From NCBI GenBank assembly GCA_963668315.1, contig OY764216.1, positions 64,001 through 128,000 of the forward strand: 64,000 nucleotides of DNA. Reading direction: 5' to 3'. This document shows, one piece after another, positions 20,045 through 28,507 of the stretch. A program made the translations under genes and the position numbers. Source of the stretch: Spirochaetia bacterium (GTDB lineage: Bacteria; Spirochaetota; Spirochaetia; DSM-2461). Position 1 is the stretch's first letter; every line of letters begins with the position of its first letter. A model generated the notes under the pieces. That model had not been told where the DNA came from. It searched no databases and saw nothing but the letters and a program-made list of their open reading frames with translations.

Positions 20045-20910
20045 TGCTGGCCGTACTGAAAAAAGAGTTCAAAACCTACTTCATTACACCGGTAGGATAT
20101 ATATTTATGGGACTGTTCCTGCTTATCGCGGGTATCACCTTTGTAACGGGTAATGTCTTCTCCATGAATGAGAACTACGCCCAGGGTACTCTGAGCGGGC
20201 TTATCATGGTCTTCGTACTGGCCATTCCCCTCCTTACCATGAGGATTTACACCGAGGAGCAGAGGCAGAAGACCGAACAGCTGCTCATGACCGCTCCCGT
20301 TCCCACCTGGCAGATTGTCCTGGGCAAGTTTCTCGCTGCCTCCCTTCTTTTCGGCCTGACCCTGGTCATTACGGTCATCTTCCCCATACTGCTCTCCTTT
20401 CACGGAAGGATGGAGTGGGCCGTCATCATCGGAACCTATATCGGCTTTTTCCTGCTGGGGTGCGCCTTCACATCGATCGGTGTTTTCGTTTCCTCTCTGA
20501 CGGACAGTCAGGCATCGGCCGCCATCATCACCCTCTTTCTCGTTCTCATAACCTGGATGGTGGATTTCATTGCCAGCTACATGCCCAAAAGCAGTCTTTC
20601 GGGCATCGTCTTCGCCCTGGCCATAGCCGTGATCCTGGCTCTGCTTGTCTACAACTCCTCCCGGAACATTCCCGTATCGGTTATTGTTCTGGCCGCCGGA
20701 CTGGTCATCATCGGCCTGATATTCCTTATCAGCAGGGACGTGTTCCCCGGACTGATTACCAAAACCCTTCAGTGGTTTTCCCTGACAAGCCGTTTCAGCG
20801 ACTTTCCCCGGGGAATTCTCAAGCTGGCCGACATGGTCTATTACCTCTCCTTCTGCGGCTTTTTCATATACCTGACCAGCAGAAGAATCGAAAAGAAGAG
20901 ATGGAGCTAA
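20044..20910 (+). CDS. ABC-2 permease (GldF-like)
   Basis: KKEFKTYF.TP.GY, PLLTMR, T.QLL.TAP, LGKF. Confidence 0.9.
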   Translation: MLAVLKKEFKTYFITPVGYIFMGLFLLIAGITFVTGNVFSMNENYAQGTLSGLIMVFVLAIPLLTMRIYTEEQRQKTEQLLMTAPVPTWQIVLGKFLAASLLFGLTLVITVIFPILLSFHGRMEWAVIIGTYIGFFLLGCAFTSIGVFVSSLTDSQASAAIITLFLVLITWMVDFIASYMPKSSLSGIVFALAIAVILALLVYNSSRNIPVSVIVLAAGLVIIGLIFLISRDVFPGLITKTLQWFSLTSRFSDFPRGILKLADMVYYLSFCGFFIYLTSRRIEKKRWS

Positions 20911-20914
20911 GATA

Positions 20915-22351
20915 ATGAAATTGACACTCAACTTCAAAGCCAAACAGGCCGCCATGGCCACAGTCTCACTGATTCTGATCATAGCGGGAATCATCGTCCT
21001 TAACCTGATCGTGGAAAAAATCCCCGCCCAGTGGGATATGACCAATAAAAAGCTCTACTCCCTGACGGAGGACACGGAGGATATCCTTTCCGGATTGTCC
21101 AAGGATATCACCATCTATGCCCTCTTCACCGCGGGACAGGAAGCGGACGATATCATGGAAGTCCTGAATCTTTACGATAAGGGCTCCAGAAACATCACCG
21201 TCGAGGTGATCGATCCCGATAGAAACCCGGGACTTCTCAAACGCTTCCAGGAAGAGGAAGACACCGAATTGGGCAAGGGCAGCCTGGTGGTTTTCTCCGA
21301 CGCCTATTTCAAGGTCATTCCCTACATGGATATGTACGATACGAGCTATAATCAGCAGGGACAGATGCAGGTTTTCGGCTTCGCCGCGGAACAGAGAATC
21401 ACCTCTGCCGTCTCCTATGTAGATACGGGCTACAGCCCCAAAGTGTATGAGATTGCAGGACATTTCGAAAACACCCTGGAAGACCTCTCCCTCACCACGG
21501 CGGTGGAGAAGTCCAATTTCCAGATCGGCGAAGTGAATCTGCTCAGGGACGGGGGGATCCCCTCCGATGCCGATGTGGTCATTCTCAACTCGCCCAAGTC
21601 CGATTTCAACCCGGAAGAGATCAAACTCCTTAAGAGTTATCTGGACGGAGGGGGGCATTTATTCATCGCCCTGGAACTTACCCAGGAGCCGCTGACCGCC
21701 CTCTACTCCCTGCTGGCGGATTACAATATTGCCGTAGAGTATGGATACACATTTGAAAAAGATACGAGCCGGCTGCTTCCCGGCAGCTCTAACAACCCGG
21801 TCTTTTTCTCTCCCACCATTGAAGACCATGACATCACATCACCCCTCATCGAGAATGATCTCGATCCCTTCTTTTATTATGCCATGGGCATCGGGTCAAC
21901 GGAAAATCAGGTGCGCAATATCAAGGTGGAACCCCTCTTTACCTCTTCGGCCAAATCTTTTCTGAGAACCGATCTTGAGAACCGCTCGGAGGCCATGACT
22001 GGTGCGGATATCGCCGGCCCCGTCACCGTTGCCGCCGCCGTCTATCAAACCAGCCGGGACACCGGTTTTCCCGAAGGGATGAAGATGGTGGTTTACACCA
22101 GCGGAAGATCCCTCGCCCCTCTGCCCGGTCTGGGACAGATCAAAGCGAATATGGATTTCTTCGTCGACTCGGTAAACTGGCTCAGTGATCAGGAAGACAG
22201 CATCAACATCAAGAGCAAGAGCCTTTACAGTCTGCCCCTGCAGATGAACGCGATCAACGCCTGGATCTACGCGGGCGTCGCCATTATCCTGATTCCTCTG
22301 ATCGTGGCCATCGCCGGTTTTGTCGTTCTGCACAGGAGGAAAAACCTCTAA
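20915..22351 (+). CDS. GldG-like ABC auxiliary component
   Basis: WDMT.KKLYSL, IDP..NP, GH.E, P.SDF; N- and C-terminal TM helices. Confidence 0.85.
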   Translation: MKLTLNFKAKQAAMATVSLILIIAGIIVLNLIVEKIPAQWDMTNKKLYSLTEDTEDILSGLSKDITIYALFTAGQEADDIMEVLNLYDKGSRNITVEVIDPDRNPGLLKRFQEEEDTELGKGSLVVFSDAYFKVIPYMDMYDTSYNQQGQMQVFGFAAEQRITSAVSYVDTGYSPKVYEIAGHFENTLEDLSLTTAVEKSNFQIGEVNLLRDGGIPSDADVVILNSPKSDFNPEEIKLLKSYLDGGGHLFIALELTQEPLTALYSLLADYNIAVEYGYTFEKDTSRLLPGSSNNPVFFSPTIEDHDITSPLIENDLDPFFYYAMGIGSTENQVRNIKVEPLFTSSAKSFLRTDLENRSEAMTGADIAGPVTVAAAVYQTSRDTGFPEGMKMVVYTSGRSLAPLPGLGQIKANMDFFVDSVNWLSDQEDSINIKSKSLYSLPLQMNAINAWIYAGVAIILIPLIVAIAGFVVLHRRKNL

Positions 22352-23829
22352 TGAAGAAACGGTCAAAACAGATGATCATCGCCGGAGCGGCAGTAGCCGT
22401 TCTGGTGTGTATATTCTTCATTTCCAGCAATATGGAAGAGAAGAAGGCGCAAGAGGAGGAGGCCGCCAGAGAAGCGGAAAGGGAGGCGAATAAGGTAGAG
22501 ACGGAATACAGGAACTTCCTCCCTTTCCCTTCGGAAGAAGCGGTTCGCGTCGAAATGGACTTTCCCGGCCGGAAAGCCGTCTTTGAAAAGGACGGTGACA
22601 ACTGGACTCTGTCGGAACCGGTCTATGAAACAGTTCAGAGTGCCGTGAACACCGCCGCCCGGGGAGTTCTCGATGTCGGCTCGTCCACTGTGGTGGAAGA
22701 AAATGTAGCCGACTGGTCCGTGTACGGGATCGGCCCCGATTCGGGCAGAACCACGGTTACTTCGGCCGGCGGGGAATCGGTGACGGTGATACTAGGGAAC
22801 AAGACCCCGACGGGAAGCGGCTACTATGCCCGCACCGAAGGGGACAGCAGCGCCTATATGGTATTCGGCTACAGCGCCCGCAAGCTGATTCCCGATGTGG
22901 ATGCCCTGAGGGACAGAACGCTTCCCCAGGTAAATTCCCAGGCACTGACTTACGTGAAGGCGGAGGGAGAGAGAACTCTTGAAATGGTTCCCTACTCTCC
23001 CTTTGAGGAATTCTCCAGCAATTTCTCCTCCCTTATGCTTATCCAGCCCTATGAAGAGCCCTGCCCCGTCAGTATGGACAGGCTGGGACGTTTTATGGAA
23101 GCCATGGCCGCCACTCCTCTGGCGAAAAAGAGCTTTATCGATGACTATGCTTCCCTCGGGGAGCTGGGTCTGGACAAGGCCCATGCCCGCCGCCTCACCT
23201 ACCGGGATAAGGATAACAACTCCATAAGCCTGCTGATAGGCAGGGCCGCGTCCGATGAACTTTACGTAAACCCCTCAGAACAGGACGGCCGCTACAACGG
23301 CAACCTGGGACCCCGGGATGAATATTACGCTATGCTTGAAGGCGGAGAAGAGGTCTTTACCCTTTCCGGAGCCTGGGCCGGCATGGTGGAAGTAGACCCC
23401 TTCTCCCTGAGGGACGGATTCGTACGGCTCATCGCCATCGACGATATAGACTCCTTCTCTTTTGCCGTCAAAGGTCAGCTCTGGGCCGGCAGGATTGAAC
23501 GGGAGGGCGAAGGGGATGATGTCAAGGAAACCTATTTCTTTAACGATGCCCTTACCAGTGAAGATGACTTCAAGGATATCTACCAGGACATTCTCTATAT
23601 CATGTATGAAGGCGAAGCCGAGGCCGGATTCAAGCTGCCCAAAATCGCTCCGGAAGTGACCGTAAGATATATCGGCACAGAGGAGCACGGCGGCTCAACC
23701 CGGGCGGATTTTTATCCCTATGACGACCAGTACTATATTGTCAGCGTGGACGGAAAAGACGCCCTCTTTCTGGTGGGCCGTTACCAGATTAAGGATATTG
23801 TTAAAAACATATCCGCCAAAAACCTGTAA
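22351..23829 (+). CDS. DUF4340 domain protein
   Basis: N-terminal TM, YG, G..TP.G.GYYA, LRDR; usual fourth gene of Gld-like ABC operons. Confidence 0.75.
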   Translation: MKKRSKQMIIAGAAVAVLVCIFFISSNMEEKKAQEEEAAREAEREANKVETEYRNFLPFPSEEAVRVEMDFPGRKAVFEKDGDNWTLSEPVYETVQSAVNTAARGVLDVGSSTVVEENVADWSVYGIGPDSGRTTVTSAGGESVTVILGNKTPTGSGYYARTEGDSSAYMVFGYSARKLIPDVDALRDRTLPQVNSQALTYVKAEGERTLEMVPYSPFEEFSSNFSSLMLIQPYEEPCPVSMDRLGRFMEAMAATPLAKKSFIDDYASLGELGLDKAHARRLTYRDKDNNSISLLIGRAASDELYVNPSEQDGRYNGNLGPRDEYYAMLEGGEEVFTLSGAWAGMVEVDPFSLRDGFVRLIAIDDIDSFSFAVKGQLWAGRIEREGEGDDVKETYFFNDALTSEDDFKDIYQDILYIMYEGEAEAGFKLPKIAPEVTVRYIGTEEHGGSTRADFYPYDDQYYIVSVDGKDALFLVGRYQIKDIVKNISAKNL

Positions 23830-23944
23830 AATGTCCAGAAATCCGTTCCCCCCCGGTAACGGATTCCCTGACAGCCCCAAAATTCACAATAAACAACAGC
23901 AGATGCCCTTTTCATATATGTAAACGGGCCTTATACTTATAGGT

Positions 23945-25156
23945 ATGATACGAGCAAATCCGGAAAAAGTAGGTTTCGACGGTTCCAAGCTCTCCCGCCT
24001 GGATACTCTCTTCCAGGGTATAGTGGGGGGCAATGATGAGAAAAAAGAGATCCCCGGTCTGGGACTGCGCATCATACGGCGGGGGACGATAGCCTTCGAC
24101 AACTGCTACGGCTTTGCCGACCAGGAAAAGCACATCCCCATGACCGAAGAAACCCTGGTCCGCATATTCTCCATGTCAAAACCCATTGTCGCCGCGGCGG
24201 CGCTCACTCTGTTCGAGAAGGGAGCGTTCTCCCTGGATGAACCGATTAAAAAATACATCCCCTCCTTCGCCTCCCCCCGGGTTTTCAGATCTCTTTCCGA
24301 TGACGGGGAAGAGTTCGTTCCCGCCGAATCGGATATTACCATAGAACAGCTTTTCACAATGACTTCGGGAATGTCCTACGGTTTCAACCCCGGGCAGGAT
24401 AAGGTCGACGCCTTCTACCAGAGGGAGTGGGAAAGGGAAGATATACGCTTCGAGCATATGTCCACAGAAAAGTACATTGATTTCCTGGCCCGGATGCCGC
24501 TGGCCTTCCAGCCGGGGACGGATTTCCGCTACAGCTGGTCGATAGATGTTCTGGGGCGGCTGATCGAAGTGATTTCGGGCAGAACTCTGGGCGATTTCCT
24601 TGAAAGTGAGATCTTTATTCCCCTGGGCATGAAGGATACCGGTTTTTATGCGTCTTCGGAACAGGCGACCCGTCTGGCGGGGCTCTACGATTACGGCGGG
24701 GAAAAACGGGTGCGTGCCGAGGAAACCTTTCCCATCCATCATCAGCCCCTTTTCGAATCGGGCGGCGGAGGCCTGCTCTCGACCCTGAACGATTATGCCC
24801 GCTTCTGTGAAATGCTCAGAAATCACGGTTCCTTCGAGGGAGCGGAGATCCTGAGCAGAAAAACCGTGGACCTCATGTCCTGCAACCATCTGGAGGGACA
24901 GGCACTGACGACCTGTTCCGGCGGGTATAAAAAGGGTTACGGTTACGGATTGGGGCTGCGCACCCTTATCAGTACGGCTAAGGCGTGTATCAACGGCACG
25001 CCCGGCGAATTCGGCTGGGACGGAGCGGCCAGCACATGGATGATGATCGATCCCCGGGAAGAGATGACCGTCCTCTTCATGGTCCAGTCCTTCCCCTTCG
25101 ATTATCACAGACTCCATAAGCGTTTCCAGCAGATAATATATTCCGCCCTCCGATGA
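23945..25156 (+). CDS. Serine hydrolase (beta-lactamase class C/esterase family)
   Basis: FSMSK (SxxK), PLAFQPG..F.YS, PLGM.DT, GGGGL.ST, FGWDG. Confidence 0.9.
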   Translation: MIRANPEKVGFDGSKLSRLDTLFQGIVGGNDEKKEIPGLGLRIIRRGTIAFDNCYGFADQEKHIPMTEETLVRIFSMSKPIVAAAALTLFEKGAFSLDEPIKKYIPSFASPRVFRSLSDDGEEFVPAESDITIEQLFTMTSGMSYGFNPGQDKVDAFYQREWEREDIRFEHMSTEKYIDFLARMPLAFQPGTDFRYSWSIDVLGRLIEVISGRTLGDFLESEIFIPLGMKDTGFYASSEQATRLAGLYDYGGEKRVRAEETFPIHHQPLFESGGGGLLSTLNDYARFCEMLRNHGSFEGAEILSRKTVDLMSCNHLEGQALTTCSGGYKKGYGYGLGLRTLISTAKACINGTPGEFGWDGAASTWMMIDPREEMTVLFMVQSFPFDYHRLHKRFQQIIYSALR

Positions 25157-25283
25157 AAGACAGCTGACAGGCTGATCCCGCTTCCTTAATCAGACTCTCT
25201 CCTCCCCATATGCCAGGACATGACTGTAACCCGCCTGGATGGCAAAAGAAAATAAATCTGTGATTTTTTTCCTATTCCGGGTG

Positions 25284-25352
25284 TTGACTTTTTTTTTGAG
25301 CAATGTTATCAATATTTATCGATACTTTAATATCGATTATATGTTATCGATA
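25284..25352 (+). promoter_or_regulatory. adhE promoter with repeated TATCGATA boxes
   Basis: TTGACT (25284) with a candidate -10 TATCAA 17 nt later; palindromic boxes at 25317, 25331, 25345. Confidence 0.6.
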
Positions 25353-25386
25353 TACTTTTATTACATAATTACCCAGGAGGCTTATC

Positions 25387-28002
25387 ATGGCTGCAAAGGA
25401 AAAGGTTACGAATCCCAAGGAACTGGAAGCACTCATTGCAAGAGTAGAAAAGGCACAGAAAGCCTATTCTTCATTCACCCAGAAACAGGTTGACGAAATA
25501 TTCCGCCAGGCAGCCATTGCTGCCAATGATGCCCGTATTGCACTGGCCAAAGAAGCCGCCGGAGAAACGGGCATGGGTATCGTCGAAGACAAGGTTATCA
25601 AGAATCACTTTGCCTCCGAATATATTTTCCATCAGTACAAGGATACTCAGACCTGCGGGATCATAGAGAGGGACACCACCTTCGGTACGATCAAGGTCGC
25701 CGAACCGATCGGGATCCTCTGCGGTATCATCCCCACGACCAATCCGACATCCACGGCCATATTCAAGGCCCTCATCTCCCTGAAGACGAGGAACGCCATC
25801 ATCTTCAGCCCCCACCCCCGTGCCAAGGGCTGTACGGTCAACGCCGCCCGCACCGTCCTGGAGGCGGCCGTGAAAGCGGGAGCCCCCGACGACATCATCG
25901 GCTGGATAGACGAGCCCTCCATAGAGATGACCAATCAGCTCATGACACACCCCAAAATCAATATGATACTGGCCACGGGAGGCCCCGGCATGGTCAAAGC
26001 GGCGTACTCCTCGGGCAAACCCGCTGTGGGAGTGGGAGCGGGAAACACTCCCGCCCTCCTGGATGAGACGGCCGATATCAAGATGGCGGTCAGCTCCATC
26101 CTCATGAGTAAAACCTTCGACAACGGCGTGATATGCGCTTCCGAGCAGTCCATGATCGTCCATAAGGATATCTATGATGACGTCAAGGAAGAGCTTACCC
26201 TGCGGGGCGCCTATATCCTGAATAAAACGGAAAAGAATAAAGTGGCCGATCTGATCCTCGATCCCAAAAGGGGCACGGTCAATCCCGCCATAGTCGGACA
26301 GCCCGCGGCCACCATCGCCGGACTGGCCGGGCTGAGCGTGAATCCCAAGACCAAAGTTCTTATCGGCGAGGTCAAGGACATTGATGGGAAGGAACCCTTC
26401 GCCCATGAAAAGCTCAGTCCCTGTCTGGCCCTTTACAAGTGCAAGGACTGGGAAGAGGGTATCGATATGGCCCGTCGCCTGGTGGAACTGGGCGGTATCG
26501 GCCATACTTCGGTTATCTATACCGATCCTATGAATCAGGAGAGAATCGACACCTTCGGCAACGTTCTGAAAACGGGAAGAATCCTTGTGAACATGCCCGC
26601 CAGCCACGGAGCCATCGGTGACCTCTACAACTTCAAACTGGCTCCTTCCCTGACACTGGGCTGCGGAAGCTGGGGAGGAAATTCGGTCAGCGAAAATGTG
26701 GGCGTCAAGCATCTGATCAATATCAAAACCGTGGCGGAAAGGAGAGAAAACATGCTCTGGTTTAAGGTCCCCCCCAAGATTTACCATAAATACGGCTGTC
26801 TGCCCGTGGCACTCCAGGATCTGAAGGGCAAGAAAAGGGCCTTCATCGTAACCGACTCCTATCTCTACGGAAACGGCTACGTGGACAGGATCACCACCGT
26901 TCTTGACGAGTTGGGCATCGATAACCAGTGCTTCCACCAGGTAAAGCCTGATCCCACCCTCTCCACTATCAATCAGGGACTGGAAATGGTCAATGCCTAT
27001 AAGCCGGATATCATCATCGGACTGGGCGGCGGTTCCCCCATGGATGCGGCCAAAATCATGTGGCTCCTCTATGAGAACCCGGACGTCAAGTTCGAAGGCC
27101 TGGCCCTGCGCTTCATGGATATTATGAAGAGGATTTACCGCTTCCCCGAGATGGGAAAGAAAGCCATGATGGTCGCCATTCCCACCACCAGCGGTACCGG
27201 ATCGGAGGTGACGCCCTTCAGTGTCGTCACCGATGATAAAACAGGTTTCAAATATCCGATTGCCGACTACGCCCTGACCCCCAATATGGCGATAATCGAT
27301 GCTGAGCTGGTTATGAACATGCCCAAGGGACTGACCGCCGCCAGCGGTATCGACGCGGTAACCCATGCCATTGAAGCCATCGCATCCGTTATGAGTACGG
27401 ACTACACCATGGGGATTGCCCTGGAATCGCTGAGAATCCTGTTCAAGTATCTCCCCGATGCCTATGCAGACGGCCCGAACAACAAGAAAGCCCGGGAGAA
27501 AGTACACAACGCGTCTGCCATGGCCGGTATGGCCTTTGCCAATGCGTTCCTGGGTGTCTGCCACTCCACCGCCCACAAGCTGGGAGCGGCTTTCCATATC
27601 CCCCACGGCGTGGCCAACGCCCTTTTGATCAATCAGGTTATCCGCTTTAACGCCAACGATACCCCGACCAAACAGGCGGCTTTCGCCCAGTACGAGTATC
27701 CCTCCGCTACCAGCCGGTACGTGCGCATAGCCGACTTCCTGGGGCTGGGAGGAAAAACGGATATGGATAAAGTCGATAATCTGGTGAAAGCCATCGACGA
27801 TCTGAAAGCCAAGCTGGATCTTCCCAAATCCATCAAGGATACGGGAGTGGATGAGAAAGCTTTCATGGATAGACTGGATTCCCTCTCCGAAGAGGCCTTT
27901 GACGACCAGTGTACCGGTGCCAATCCCCGCTATCCCCTGATCAGCGAGATCCGCCAGATCTACCTGAACGCCTACAACGGATTGGATACGGCCGTTAATT
28001 AA
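25387..28002 (+). CDS. adhE: Bifunctional acetaldehyde-CoA/alcohol dehydrogenase
   Basis: PTTNPTST, ATGGPGMV, CASEQ, GGGSPMDAAK, AFDDQCTGANPR. Confidence 0.99.
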   Translation: MAAKEKVTNPKELEALIARVEKAQKAYSSFTQKQVDEIFRQAAIAANDARIALAKEAAGETGMGIVEDKVIKNHFASEYIFHQYKDTQTCGIIERDTTFGTIKVAEPIGILCGIIPTTNPTSTAIFKALISLKTRNAIIFSPHPRAKGCTVNAARTVLEAAVKAGAPDDIIGWIDEPSIEMTNQLMTHPKINMILATGGPGMVKAAYSSGKPAVGVGAGNTPALLDETADIKMAVSSILMSKTFDNGVICASEQSMIVHKDIYDDVKEELTLRGAYILNKTEKNKVADLILDPKRGTVNPAIVGQPAATIAGLAGLSVNPKTKVLIGEVKDIDGKEPFAHEKLSPCLALYKCKDWEEGIDMARRLVELGGIGHTSVIYTDPMNQERIDTFGNVLKTGRILVNMPASHGAIGDLYNFKLAPSLTLGCGSWGGNSVSENVGVKHLINIKTVAERRENMLWFKVPPKIYHKYGCLPVALQDLKGKKRAFIVTDSYLYGNGYVDRITTVLDELGIDNQCFHQVKPDPTLSTINQGLEMVNAYKPDIIIGLGGGSPMDAAKIMWLLYENPDVKFEGLALRFMDIMKRIYRFPEMGKKAMMVAIPTTSGTGSEVTPFSVVTDDKTGFKYPIADYALTPNMAIIDAELVMNMPKGLTAASGIDAVTHAIEAIASVMSTDYTMGIALESLRILFKYLPDAYADGPNNKKAREKVHNASAMAGMAFANAFLGVCHSTAHKLGAAFHIPHGVANALLINQVIRFNANDTPTKQAAFAQYEYPSATSRYVRIADFLGLGGKTDMDKVDNLVKAIDDLKAKLDLPKSIKDTGVDEKAFMDRLDSLSEEAFDDQCTGANPRYPLISEIRQIYLNAYNGLDTAVN

Positions 28003-28027
28003 ACATCATCCTCCCCAACCAAAACCA

Positions 28028-28057
28028 GGGACCGTTCCGCAGGGAGCGGTCCTTTTT
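28028..28057 (+). terminator. adhE intrinsic terminator
   Basis: GGACCGTTCC-gcag-GGAGCGGTCC followed by a T tract. Confidence 0.85.
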
Positions 28058-28131
28058 ATATACGGAGAAATGACTTGCCAGAAAGGTATCAAGGAGATAT
28101 CCTTAATACAGAATCTAACGGGAGAATCACT

Positions 28132-28479
28132 GTGAAAAAAGTACTGCTGCTGGCGTTTGAAGAGAAGGAGATGTGTTTTGTCCATGTTCTGGTCAACGCC
28201 CTCGATATGAATGAGAAAGGGTATGAGGTAAAAGTCATACTGGAAGGCGGGGCGACCCTTACGGCGGCCCGTCTTGGTGTAGAAGGACATAATTTCCATG
28301 ACCTCTACGAAAAAGTCAAAGGAAAAGGGCTGATAGACTGCGCCTGCAGGGCCTGTGCGATGAAAATGGACGCCTTCAGGGACCTGGAACAGCAGGGGAT
28401 TCCCTTCCGGGGAGACGCTATGGGCCACCCCTCTCTGGCCTCCTTCATGGACCTCGGCTACGAAATAATCACGTTCTAG
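28132..28479 (+). CDS. DsrE-like small protein
   Basis: GTG start after GGAG; CF.HVL.NA, ILEG, CACRAC, GHP, GYEIITF. Confidence 0.7.
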   Translation: MKKVLLLAFEEKEMCFVHVLVNALDMNEKGYEVKVILEGGATLTAARLGVEGHNFHDLYEKVKGKGLIDCACRACAMKMDAFRDLEQQGIPFRGDAMGHPSLASFMDLGYEIITF

Positions 28480-28507
28480 CCCTGCCGGGATGAATCGGCC
28501 GTGTGTT

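Noticed and set aside
23945..25156. Beta-lactam resistance gene
   Set aside because: No signal peptide; motifs fit cytoplasmic family VIII esterase-like hydrolases.
25471..27606. 711-aa antisense ORF, and many similar long antisense ORFs over cstA, glmS, the MCP, the NhaC gene and the ABC genes
   Set aside because: Shadow frames of conserved genes caused by codon bias; no motifs or RBS.
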